Source: a virus | Lineage: Duplodnaviria > Caudoviricetes | DNA: 64,000 nt | IMG/VR virus record: IMGVR_UViG_3300035516_000188 | Coordinates: 314-64,313 of that record | Reading direction: 5' to 3' (one strand) | Program-made: the position numbers and the translations under genes | In this document: positions 1 through 9,600 of the stretch, in pieces | Layout: each line of letters starts with the position of its first letter | Position numbering within the stretch: position 1 is the first letter of the stretch | The notes under the pieces: model-generated | Databases searched by the model: none | What the model was told of the DNA's origin: nothing | Seen by the model: only the letters and a program-made list of their open reading frames with translations

Positions 1-246
1 CTTGGTCGTGGTGGTGGGTTACTTGCCCTTTGTGGGCTTGGCTTGCGGTCGGATTACTTGTATTGATTGTGATGTTTATCTGTATTGGAGTGCAGACTGT
101 ATTACACAAGCTCACGGACATTTGGTAACTTGCCAGCGCATGAAACACGAAGCGAGGGACGTTCATTCGCCCCTCGCTTTTCTTACTCACTCGCTTGCGC
201 TCGCTTGCTTGCCGTGCCCGTGTCACTCGCTTACCTCGCCCTCGCG

Positions 247-768
247 TCACTCATTCTTGCAGTAGAAATACTCCCACGTCTTAGTCGGCGAAGTCTTTCC
301 GTCGCCATCGTCCCAATCCTCGTCAAAGAAGTAGAACGCAATGGCAGCTTTGATGATGGTCGTGTCGTCATTGATAACACCGCAAAGGTCTGCGTGATAG
401 CCGTTCAGAGCAACGTACACGTCCCAATCGGTCACGCCTGATGGTAGGCTTGCACCTTTGAAAAACTCTTTAAGCACAGAGCTTGTAGCCTCTTTCGTCT
501 GGTCTTGCGTCCAATACGCACCTTTGTGTTTCACACCGTCTTTATCCGTCCACGCCATCTGCGAAACGTCCCATTCGGCAAACTCTTTGTTGTAATGGCA
601 GTCGGTCATGATGCCTACTTGCTTGCGGAGGAATTTCCAATACATATCCTCATGCTCGTCTTTGAGTTCTTCGAGCATATCCGATACGTTTGCGATGGAG
701 AGCCACATTCGCTTTTCATCAAACTTCCCAGCTGCCTTTGCTTGTTTTACGATTTCTTGATAGTTCAT
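247..768 (-). CDS. hypothetical protein, last gene of the Cys-rich operon
   Basis: 173-aa ORF, ATG with A/C-rich leader; Trp/Tyr/Asp-rich C-terminus (YFFDEDWDD...KTWEY). Confidence 0.75.
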   Translation of the reverse strand: MNYQEIVKQAKAAGKFDEKRMWLSIANVSDMLEELKDEHEDMYWKFLRKQVGIMTDCHYNKEFAEWDVSQMAWTDKDGVKHKGAYWTQDQTKEATSSVLKEFFKGASLPSGVTDWDVYVALNGYHADLCGVINDDTTIIKAAIAFYFFDEDWDDGDGKTSPTKTWEYFYCKNE

Positions 769-826
769 AGTTTAGTAGTTTAGTACGTTAGTAACGTAGT
801 ATTGTAGTAAAGTAGTACGCGCCACG

Positions 827-1012
827 TCAGCACGTCGGGCAATGCCCATTAAATCTTGGTATCGGCTTGTAGTTGCCTACCATAGGAGCGGAGGGTTGCC
901 ATTCGTCCGGCTGTGGTTCGTTTGCGGTCGGCTGTGGTTCGCTTGCGTCCGGCTGCACCTCGCTCACTTTCTTTGCGCCCTCGCTTGCGCCCTCGCGTTT
1001 AACCTTTCCCAT
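827..1012 (-). CDS. small protein with EPQP repeats and terminal CxxC
   Basis: 61 aa ending YKPIPRFNGHCPTC; overlaps the 3' end of the upstream membrane ORF. Confidence 0.55.
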   Translation of the reverse strand: MGKVKREGASEGAKKVSEVQPDASEPQPTANEPQPDEWQPSAPMVGNYKPIPRFNGHCPTC

Positions 1013-1266
1013 AGCACATCATATAACTTGTTTAACTGAACGAGCAGCAAGCCTACCCAATTACTTAGATAGGCTGCAATGATTGACAACGTTACCGCAG
1101 TGATAGCGTCCGCACCTGATATTACCATAGCCGCCATGCAACCCCAAAAGCACGCGCACTTATAACATACAGCTATCTTTGATGCCACCTCGCAGATAGC
1201 CTCAAACAAGCCGAGATGCACACCGATGCAGACGGCTATCACTACGGAGAACATTGTTAGCCACAT
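964..1266 (-). CDS. small membrane protein with CYKCAC motif
   Basis: 100 aa, about 3 hydrophobic segments. Confidence 0.65.
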   Translation of the reverse strand: MWLTMFSVVIAVCIGVHLGLFEAICEVASKIAVCYKCACFWGCMAAMVISGADAITAVTLSIIAAYLSNWVGLLLVQLNKLYDVLWERLNARAQARAQRK

Positions 1267-1342
1267 ACTCGCTCACTTACGTTCGTTTGCTCATTTACTC
1301 ACGTTTGCTTGTTCGCTTACTCACGTTTTCACTCGCTTGCGT

Positions 1343-1801
1343 TTACCCCTGCGCAGCCGCTGCCGCGCTTGACACCGTTAATGCCAGCGGCGTCTCACTG
1401 ACAAATGCACGCGAGCAGGTCTGACAGCCGGACACAGCCACATCGTTGATTGTTACACCCTGCGTTACGGAAACCGTTACGGGTGTAGTCGTTGTGTAGA
1501 ACGGAATAGTGAAATTCGTAGACAACGGCTGTTGCTTGGTGCAGCAACAATCACCATTACACGGAACATAGCTGATAATACCCTCTACATGAACAGTCGC
1601 AACGTACTGCGACGTGCCTACCTTTGAAAAGCTAAGCACACTGAAACGCGGCGCAAACACCGGAGTGTTGTCGGCACACGTCTTAAAGCACAAACGCTGC
1701 GAGATGTTACAGAGAACGTAATACGGGCTTGCCGTGCTACCTGCCGCCAACGTCGCGTTGATTATCGGCGGCTGAATTTGATTAGAACAATTACAAGACA
1801 T
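1343..1801 (-). CDS. Cys-rich, predicted beta-rich protein
   Basis: 152 aa starting MSCNCS; also contains CNGDCCC and CQTC. Confidence 0.75.
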   Translation of the reverse strand: MSCNCSNQIQPPIINATLAAGSTASPYYVLCNISQRLCFKTCADNTPVFAPRFSVLSFSKVGTSQYVATVHVEGIISYVPCNGDCCCTKQQPLSTNFTIPFYTTTTPVTVSVTQGVTINDVAVSGCQTCSRAFVSETPLALTVSSAAAAAQG

Positions 1802-1826
1802 ATTCTTACTTGTTTTTTGAGGACTA

Positions 1827-2075
1827 TTACTTGTTATGGTCGCCGCCCTCGTTGGCTACCGGATATAGTGCTGATTCGACTGACGCAATCTTCGCGCTCG
1901 CGTCGTCTATCTTGGCGCTGGTCTCATCTATCTTTGCGGCTGCGTCGTCTATCTTCGCTCCGAGCGCGTCAATCTTTTCGCTGACTTCTTGGACTAACTT
2001 GTAGAGTTCGCAGACGTTCTGATTGGTCGTACCTACGCCCTCTGCAATCACTTGAAAAATATTCTTTTGCTCCAT
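1827..2075 (-). CDS. heptad-repeat coiled-coil protein
   Basis: KID-based 7-aa repeats (KIDALGA KIDDAAA KIDETSA KIDDASA). Confidence 0.7.
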   Translation of the reverse strand: MEQKNIFQVIAEGVGTTNQNVCELYKLVQEVSEKIDALGAKIDDAAAKIDETSAKIDDASAKIASVESALYPVANEGGDHNK

Positions 2076-2131
2076 ACTCTCTTGCGTTCGTTTCGCTCGT
2101 TTACTCGCTTTTTTCTTTTCGTTGCAAACGG

Positions 2132-2320
2132 CTATTTCAGATAGCTGTTCACAATCGGATTATCCTTTATCTTATCCAAAAGCGCAGCCATCTTCTTAGC
2201 CGTGATAGCGATACCTTTGCTCCGCTTGTAGTCCACGAAGTCAAAGAACGCTTGCTCGAAGTCGGCAATCTCTTGCTCGCTATCTGCGTAGATTGATACT
2301 GTTGCTTTGGTAGATTTCAT
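2132..2320 (-). CDS. hypothetical protein
   Basis: 62-aa ORF, ATG start, co-oriented in the operon. Confidence 0.65.
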   Translation of the reverse strand: MKSTKATVSIYADSEQEIADFEQAFFDFVDYKRSKGIAITAKKMAALLDKIKDNPIVNSYLK

Positions 2321-2377
2321 ACGCTATGCGTTTTAGTGCAACTTTATTGCGTTATTTTCATTTTATGTGCGTCACAT

Positions 2378-2773
2378 TCACTTTATCAACGGAGGAATTT
2401 CCGCAGCCGAGCCTCCTGCCGCACTCGCCGTTTCGCTTGCTACCTCGCTCGCGCTTTCCACAGTCTCCGCCACACTCGTCGCTCCACCTGCCCCAGCTCT
2501 AATCTGCTGAATAAAGCTGTAAGCGTCAATAAGGTCATTCTTGTTTTCTTTGATCCACCCAAAGAACTGACCTGCGCCTTGCTTGATTTGCTCGTAGATG
2601 GACGGATTAGGAATATCGAAATCGGGCATAGTCTCCACTCCGTCTGCCAAGAAATTATATAACCGCTCCGCTTTTTCAATGTCTCTATCACAAGCCATAA
2701 GGCAAGATAGTTTGAGCGATATTTTTGAGCTTGGGTTGATCATCTCGATTTTTATCTTTGGTTTGCCAAACAT
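2378..2773 (-). CDS. hypothetical protein
   Basis: 131 aa with Ala/Ser/Glu low-complexity tail. Confidence 0.7.
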   Translation of the reverse strand: MFGKPKIKIEMINPSSKISLKLSCLMACDRDIEKAERLYNFLADGVETMPDFDIPNPSIYEQIKQGAGQFFGWIKENKNDLIDAYSFIQQIRAGAGGATSVAETVESASEVASETASAAGGSAAEIPPLIK

Positions 2774-2902
2774 GGGGAGTTACTTAGGGGTTTGAAAGTG
2801 GAGAGAAGTTGGGGCGACTTGCGCCACCCCAACCGAGGTGCTTGCGCTGCGCTTGCTCGCTTACGTCGTGTTTGCGTCTGCGTGAGCTTGCTCGCGTAGG
2901 CG

Positions 2903-3412
2903 TTAGCCGTTGCAGCAACCGCAGTTCTGCTCGCTCACACGTTGGACGCGGAGAGCGCAGTTCTGCTGAATTACGCTTGAAAGCGGATTGGTGTTGCTAC
3001 CATTGAGCAATGCCAAAGCCTCTGCCGTAGCTAAAGCCTGCGACTGAGCGTTAGACGTACCGCCCGTTGCCGTAGCTCCGGTCAGTGAGCGCAAAGTCTG
3101 TGCCACGTCGATGTTGATGCTATCGGCGCGCTGGTTGTCGGCAACAACACGGTTAGCCAAAAGCGCAACGAGGTCAGAATTGGCCTTTGCCTGTGCGTTC
3201 ATCGTGTTCTGGTTGCCCATAGCACGAGCCTTAGACGCAGAATTGACCGCCCAAGCGCCAACAAGAGCCGTCAGCAATGCAGCACCACCGAGACCAGCTG
3301 CAAGAGCAACGCCAGTAATGGCCGTGCTGCTTGTATGTCTGCGGTGACAATACCCATCGCGTTCGTCGTCTCGGCGAAGAGCCATAACGTCAGCTATTGT
3401 CAAATTCTCCAT
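2903..3412 (-). CDS. protein with Gly/Ala hydrophobic segment and C-terminal Cys cluster
   Basis: Start reassigned to ATG 3412 (MENLTIADV) because a -7 promoter element lies at 3453-3460 inside the longer ORF call; ends QNCGCCNG. Confidence 0.7.
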   Translation of the reverse strand: MENLTIADVMALRRDDERDGYCHRRHTSSTAITGVALAAGLGGAALLTALVGAWAVNSASKARAMGNQNTMNAQAKANSDLVALLANRVVADNQRADSINIDVAQTLRSLTGATATGGTSNAQSQALATAEALALLNGSNTNPLSSVIQQNCALRVQRVSEQNCGCCNG

Positions 3413-3452
3413 GATATTAGGTATTAGGTTGCCGTCAATATTAACGGTACGG

Positions 3453-3460
3453 CAAAGGTA
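3453..3460 (-). promoter_or_regulatory. Bacteroidota -7 promoter element for the Cys-rich operon
   Basis: TACCTTTG matches TAnnTTTG; no -33 TTTG at the canonical spacing. Confidence 0.55.
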
Positions 3461-3521
3461 TGCCGTGTTTTCTTTTGGAAAAATTCTGTTGCAAATTTTT
3501 GCTAACTGATTAATACACAAT

Positions 3522-3554
3522 AAAAAAGCGGTTATGCTCACGCACCGCCGCTTT
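3522..3554 (-). terminator. intrinsic terminator
   Basis: AAAGCGG...CCGCTTT stem followed by a U-run on the minus strand. Confidence 0.6.
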
Positions 3555-3634
3555 ACCAATAACCTTTAAATACACATAGAAATACATCCTTTTACCATGA
3601 GTGAAAATGAAAAACCTCTATTTTTAAAACAACA

Positions 3635-3934
3635 CTAAAAATTACCTCTGTTAATCCACTTTGTTGGGCATACACCCAAGAACCAACGTAGATTGTGATA
3701 TACTCTCCGCTTAGGTTTGTCGCCGTAGTTCCGGCTACATACGCTGCGAACGTTTGTTTCGCTTTGCCCAAAGAAGTCCGATATATCTTTGGTCGTTGCG
3801 TCTACCTCCAGGCTTTCGCCCGTCATCTTGTAAAAATCTCGTATCTCGCTCGCTGTACACTTTCCCGTCTCTAATTGAAGCTTAACGAAGTCGCAGATGG
3901 CTATCAACTGCTTCTTCATGGAATCCGTTTCCAT
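3635..3934 (-). CDS. small cytoplasmic protein, possible regulator
   Basis: Likely start ATG 3934 (METDSMKKQL), overlapping the end of the upstream membrane ORF; DNA-binding role is inference. Confidence 0.55.
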   Translation of the reverse strand: METDSMKKQLIAICDFVKLQLETGKCTASEIRDFYKMTGESLEVDATTKDISDFFGQSETNVRSVCSRNYGDKPKRRVYHNLRWFLGVCPTKWINRGNF

Positions 3935-4356
3935 AGGAAGAGCTTTATTGCGTTTATGATTGAAATGATGATTATCAATGATATGCAAGAATAATCCAAG
4001 AACGCTACGTTGGTGCCAAACTCGTGAAAGTTGTCGATTAAGATGATCACCAACGGAAGCATCGGCAAACAGCACTGAATTTTGTGCCAAATGCAGAAAT
4101 GGAGCAACCGGGATAAAACAAGCAAGGATGCGCAGTACATCGGAGAGACGTAGAGCAACAAATCCAAAATACTCTGCGTTTCGTCATCAACAAAGAAAAA
4201 CGCGATGTTTCAAACAAGAACAAAGAACGTGTTTATGAATGGCAATAGTTTGACGAACAGTGTTGTGTCCTTCAATACCTTGGAGACGTATGCAAATGCG
4301 TCAGACGTATTTTGCGTACCGTCACCAACCTTTCTTTCTTGGTTGTCCTTTTGCAT
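3916..4356 (-). pseudogene. multi-pass membrane protein gene interrupted by one in-frame TGA
   Basis: ATG 4356 (MQKDNQ...LLPFINTFFVLV) is in frame with ORF 3916-4167; the only stop is TGA at 4212-4210; hydrophobic on both sides. Confidence 0.6.
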
Positions 4357-4441
4357 TGGTGTGTAGGTGAATGTTTATCTTAGCTTTCGGCTTATAAACC
4401 CCTTTCTTTTTCCCGGAGTTCTTCGGTTTGGTTTTCCCCAT
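4322..4441 (-). CDS. 39-aa highly basic peptide
   Basis: MGKTKPKNSGKKKGVYKPKAKINIHLHTNAKGQPRKKGW; 12 Lys, no acidic residues; below the ORF track cutoff. Confidence 0.4.
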   Translation of the reverse strand: MGKTKPKNSGKKKGVYKPKAKINIHLHTNAKGQPRKKGW

Positions 4442-4506
4442 ATTGGTTAGGTTTGCGCCGAGTGGCGAGGTTTTCGGTTTTGTCAGTTAGGTTTGAGGTG
4501 TGCGTG

Positions 4507-5031
4507 TCAGCTTTTTGCAAGAGTCAATCTTTGACCGTGCCATATTGGAACAGCGATATTCTCTTCTAAATAAAGCACTTGTTCCACTGCAAAATCATTG
4601 CTTGCAACAAAGTTCTCAAAGGCTTCCTCGCTTAAAAGTTCGATACCGTCCACTTCTTTGTCTGCCTCGTTCTTTACGCAAGCCTTAACGTCGGCATCGA
4701 GCTTGTTATACTCTGCGACGAACGCGGTGTAAGCCGCTTGTTCCTCAGACTCAATTTGAGCGCCGCTGCCACGTTTCCGTTCGTACTCTGCTGCCGCTTT
4801 GTACCGCTCATCATACCCATCCGCTTTAAGTTTTTCCACGGCCTCTTGCACGAGGGCGTCAAACTCTTCTGCGACTTTTTTGAGATTGTGTGCGTTACGA
4901 ATAACGATAAATTTATCTGCGTCAGCCATCTTCGTTAGCTTGGCTGAGCGGAGGAGGTTATATACTTGTTTTGCTTCGCTCTGTTTCATGCTTGAAGTTT
5001 CGTTGTTTATGGGCAAATTGCCTTGTTTCAT
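4507..5031 (-). CDS. helical hypothetical protein downstream of the tail fibre genes
   Basis: 174-aa ORF; start may be the internal MKQSEAKQ. Confidence 0.7.
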   Translation of the reverse strand: MKQGNLPINNETSSMKQSEAKQVYNLLRSAKLTKMADADKFIVIRNAHNLKKVAEEFDALVQEAVEKLKADGYDERYKAAAEYERKRGSGAQIESEEQAAYTAFVAEYNKLDADVKACVKNEADKEVDGIELLSEEAFENFVASNDFAVEQVLYLEENIAVPIWHGQRLTLAKS

Positions 5032-5035
5032 GTGG

Positions 5036-5066
5036 CAAATTTATTTGATTGTGGGAATAAAACAAA
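5036..5066 (-). promoter_or_regulatory. Bacteroidota sigma-A type promoter
   Basis: TTTG (5066-5063), 19 nt spacer, TAAATTTG (5043-5036). Confidence 0.65.
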
Positions 5067-5090
5067 TTGATTGGTGTTAAAAATATTAAA

Positions 5091-6698
5091 TTATAATTGG
5101 ATAGGCTCGCTAATATTCACAAACACGTTGGCTGAGCCTTTTGGTGTTGGAACGAGATTTAAGCTAACATTGGTAGCGTCGTGATGCTCGCTAATGCTGT
5201 TACCAATGATAATATTATTTTCATTGCGTATCATTTCCGGTGAAGGTGAAGTGAAGCCAACTGTTCCATTTTCCAAATAAGCGACCATTTGAATGCCAGA
5301 GTATTCAGCGTTATCTTTCACCGTTTGAGTGATGATAATCTTTTTAATCTCTTCTACGGACGATGAAATTACTTTCTCTTCTTCTACCGAGTAAGATATA
5401 GTGTCAATATCTACTAAGATTACAACTACTGATAGATTGAAATAAGCGAGTTTTCTGTTCCATTTGTATGTTATAGTATCGCCAAGCTGCGATGAGCCAT
5501 TATACTCAAAAAACAAGCCTAAATACACCGGGCTACCATCTACATCATCGTATGATATAATTGGCATGAACTCATTATTGTTCGCCGTATCTGCGTTGTT
5601 GAACGTTGGCATGTAATCGCCAACCCAATTTTTTATATCGAACAGAGAGATTCTTAGTCTGTGTTCGTCGATATTCGTTCCTGGCTTTTCAAGATTTTCC
5701 ATCTCATCAGTTGGAACCAACGTAAGATAGCCGCTATTGAGGAATGTTATGGTGGTGTTAACAAAATATCCGATGTCGTTCTGTTGTGTCAGTTCTTCGG
5801 CTTTAAGAGTAATGTTTCTCGTTACAGCTTTGTAGTAATCTGTATCGAAACTATTAGTCAGTGTAGAGGGCACAGTGTCACCGAAGAGTATCTTGTACTC
5901 TTCGGCTTCTTTGTAGATGCTCACCTTAAAAATTCCACCCTCCAAAACAGCAATGTTGTCTGTTTGACCTTGGTTGTTTGTAGGCTGAACATCGAAATTA
6001 TCAATCTTGGTTTGAGAAACGAAAGCCACAAGATAGAATGACGCATTGTTCACATCTTCCGGAAAAGCAATGCTTGAAAAAGCTGCACTGAGGATTTTTA
6101 TGTCTGTCATTCCGTTTTGCAAGCTGCCAATCTTAGATGATGACATCCTGCACCATTGGCACCACGTGCTTGTATTGTTCGCCCACTCGTCAGCAGCGTT
6201 GTTTCGATAAAGCGCGAGACCAAAATAGCAGTTAGAAAGTGCTGTGTCAAACTGTTTACCCGACGTGCTGTGTAGAAAAATATCCGACGTGTCAATCTGC
6301 CCATCTCGTTTCGGATTAAGACGGAGCGTAAAGTCATACGTCGTTCCACTCACAGCTTTGTACTGAGTGTTGATGCCGATAATCCCGTTGAACGGAGATT
6401 TTGCATCATGCGCATAACCGTCGAAGTCACTAAGGCGAAAAATCTTAGTTGGCTTTATGTATTGCCACGAGACAGCAACCGTGGGGTCGGTGTTGAACAT
6501 CTCTTGAATAGGAACGTTCAGTCCGTAGAAACACTTTTGTTGTATATCATCATCAGTGAGTTGCGAATATTTAGTAAACTCATACGGCTTCCTCTTGCTC
6601 CACTTATTTATATTTTCGCTCTTAGCCAAATCTGCTAAATTCGTATGTGACTCCTTTAAAACTGATTTTACGGAGCGGATTGTTGCTTTCGTGCTCAT
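5091..6698 (-). CDS. putative tail fibre / receptor-binding accessory protein
   Basis: 535 aa, beta-rich; 4-nt overlap with the upstream fibre gene. Confidence 0.6.
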   Translation of the reverse strand: MSTKATIRSVKSVLKESHTNLADLAKSENINKWSKRKPYEFTKYSQLTDDDIQQKCFYGLNVPIQEMFNTDPTVAVSWQYIKPTKIFRLSDFDGYAHDAKSPFNGIIGINTQYKAVSGTTYDFTLRLNPKRDGQIDTSDIFLHSTSGKQFDTALSNCYFGLALYRNNAADEWANNTSTWCQWCRMSSSKIGSLQNGMTDIKILSAAFSSIAFPEDVNNASFYLVAFVSQTKIDNFDVQPTNNQGQTDNIAVLEGGIFKVSIYKEAEEYKILFGDTVPSTLTNSFDTDYYKAVTRNITLKAEELTQQNDIGYFVNTTITFLNSGYLTLVPTDEMENLEKPGTNIDEHRLRISLFDIKNWVGDYMPTFNNADTANNNEFMPIISYDDVDGSPVYLGLFFEYNGSSQLGDTITYKWNRKLAYFNLSVVVILVDIDTISYSVEEEKVISSSVEEIKKIIITQTVKDNAEYSGIQMVAYLENGTVGFTSPSPEMIRNENNIIIGNSISEHHDATNVSLNLVPTPKGSANVFVNISEPIQL

Positions 6699-9600
6699 AA
6701 CTTCTGTGAACTTAAACCAGCTTTGTCGAGCAACGTGTTAATTCTGTCAATCACGTCGCTAAACGATTTATCATTGATAACAGCACCACCTGGGGCTTCC
6801 ACCTCAAACGTATTTGTCTTGATGCCAAAATTATCCGATTTCAGCATAATGTCTCCAGCTTCGAGAGAAAAACCACCGAGAGCGGTAATTGACACCGCGT
6901 TTGCAGAATGTAAGGCGAGGTTCGATGCTGAGAATATCCTCAGTGCTTCGTTCCGAACATACTCTATCGCGGCATCTTCCTTGGTGTAGAAAAACAGCTG
7001 CGTCGATAGATAATCCTCTTCGATGATTCCGATGGATTTAACCTCCGCCGACTCCTTGTATAGTCCGTCGTAGTTGCCAAGGGCACAAACATCTCCAGAT
7101 GCCACGAGGGTCGCGCCGTCGATTTTCAGCACGCTGTTTGTGTCATCCCAATAGATGCTTGCACTCCCAAGAGTGAGCTTATCCAACTTAGTATTTCCGC
7201 CGCGGATTGACCCGCCAATCTTCACGTCGTAGTTATCGTCAGCGAGGGCAAAGATGCCAAGATGACCGCCCTGCTCAGTACCGTTTGGGTTCCACCGAGT
7301 AAGTACCATGTTTCCTTTGATGTTGGCTAACTGATAACCGTAGTAGTCTGGGTTGAAGATTTTGCCGCCGCTTATTTTTCGGTTAAAGCTGATAACACCA
7401 CCATAATCAGACGAGTTAGCAAAGAGCTGCATATTGCCACCTATGATAAGCGTCGATGAGCTATCGTCCGTCTTGTCATAGTCCATCGTGCCAATCAACA
7501 GCGTCTTGGCATTGCCGTCGAGCGTCGCTTTTATCGTAGAAGGCAGAGGCAAAGAAATGCTTTTACTTCCGTCAAAGTCCACGTAAGCTCCGTAGTTTGT
7601 GCCGTCTCCGACACGCAGTTGCACACTGCTGGTAAACTTTGTTGCCGTGTCAGCATTACCTTTAAGCGTGGCTTTAATCGTCGAAGGTAGAGATATGCTA
7701 ATATCCGCGCTGCCATTAAACGACGTGGACGCTCCGTAATTTGTACCGTCGCCAATTTTTATGTTTCGTGCAGTTTCAAGAACTTTTGCCGAGTAAGCAC
7801 CTCCCGTGATGTTCACCGACAACTTTGTGTCGCACGCGGTTATTTCTCCGTTGTTTAGATATACCGGTAGGTCTGATGCACCAATCGTCGTCGTTGAAGA
7901 TACTATCTTGTTAGCGAAGTCAGCTGTCGCGTTAATTCTATCGCCGCAAGCCGTAGGTACACCATTTGATAAGTATATCGGTTTTGTTGAACCTCCAACA
8001 TCCGATGTGCCAATCTTCGTGACTGAGCCGTTGATTAGGTCGCTTAGCTTTGCATAGGTCTTATTTGCTGTTTCGCTTTTGAGATAATATTCTAACGTGC
8101 TATTTAATCCGTCTTGGTCAACGTAGTTGTCTCGAATATCAGCAATGTCGTTGTCAATACTCTCGAGCTTTGTATTGATTTCGCTCTTCGTGTAATAGCT
8201 TGCGATTTCTGTTTTCGATACAAAGTTTTCGGATACATAAGCTCGTGAAGCGACTGTGTTGAAGTCCACGTCGCCGCCCGAGAAGCTAACCGTCTGGTTA
8301 ACCCACTTAGATAGTCCGCTGTCCCAAACAAGCACCTGCCCATCATCTACGTCCGATACCGAAACGTCGAGAAGGTCAGAGAGATTGCTGGCTCCTCCTC
8401 CGCCATCTTCCGAGCTTTCCGTGTTTAAGGCACAGACATCACCCTCGGCGACCAATCCGCTGCCGCTTATTTTCAGCACTCCGTTTGTGCTATCAAACGA
8501 GAGTGTTGCTTTGCCGATGGTTATCTTAGACAGTGTTAGTTCTTCGGTTTGTAAGTTCTTGGCATACAACAAAGCATTGATATGTATCGGGTATTGCGGT
8601 GACGAGGTAAAAATTCCGACGTTGCCGCCCTGCTCCGTACCGTTCGGGTTCCACCGAGTAAGAATGAGGTTCCCCTTTAAATCCGCTAACTGATAACCGT
8701 AATACTTAGAGTTGTATAAAGCTCCATTGTTGATGTTTCTGTTGAAGGAAATGACACCAGTGTTCTCGTCGTTGTCGGAGAATAGCTGAAACCCCTTCCC
8801 GATTGTTAGCGTCGATGAAGAGTTTCCTTTGTTGTCGTTGATTTCAAGATTATCAAAGGGCACGTTGGGGTGCATCTTTGATATGCTGCCTTTTTCGTAA
8901 ATTGGGGTGATTGCCGCAAGCGTTCCCCAATTTGTGCTATCATTACTCGTCGATGTAACGCTGAAATTCGCGCCGTTAGCCACGATGGTACCGTCAGTGT
9001 TGAACTGTATCGCACCCTTTGCAGCATAGCCGGAGCCATTGCGTCTTACGAGCCACGTTGCACCTTCTCCCGTTTCTGAGTTATACTCTGCACGCGAGCC
9101 GCCTGCCCAAAAGACAATATCAGAGTCTGCACTCGCGCCCGACATACCCGCCGAGATGTTCGTTGAGTTACTATCTACGACGATAATCTGATTGGCTTGA
9201 CCAAACCTAAAAATAGCGTTTGATGCAAATAGAGTAGAGAAATACGTCGGGTTTTGGACGGAAATGGCATCCCAATAGTTATTCCAATTACCTTCGACTG
9301 CCGGATTAGGCTTCGTGTCTACCGACGACACGTGTGTTTTCTTGCAGAGATAAAGCGTGAAATCGCCGTTTGTTTCCGTGATGGAAACGCGGTCAATTCT
9401 TGGTGTAAGGTCGATGCCGCTTGTGTCTGATATTCCTAAATTTTGTATATCGGCGATAATCTGGCTCTTTGTTTTGCCATAGTCGTTACGATATAGTGTT
9501 TTATCATCATACTCTGTTTGGTACGATAAACATCCTTGCAATCCGTTTGTGCCGTTTTCGCCTTGTTTTGTCATCGCGACGGTGTTAGACACTACACCGT

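Noticed and set aside
4210-4212. Alternative genetic code (TGA reassigned)
   Set aside because: TGA terminates other genes normally (4507, and ATGA overlaps at 61787 and 63529), and long genes are intact under code 11.
7250-8710. Second DGR TR/VR pair in the tail fibre duplication
   Set aside because: Differences between the copies include C/T and G/C changes, are not adenine-specific, and show no similarity to TR.
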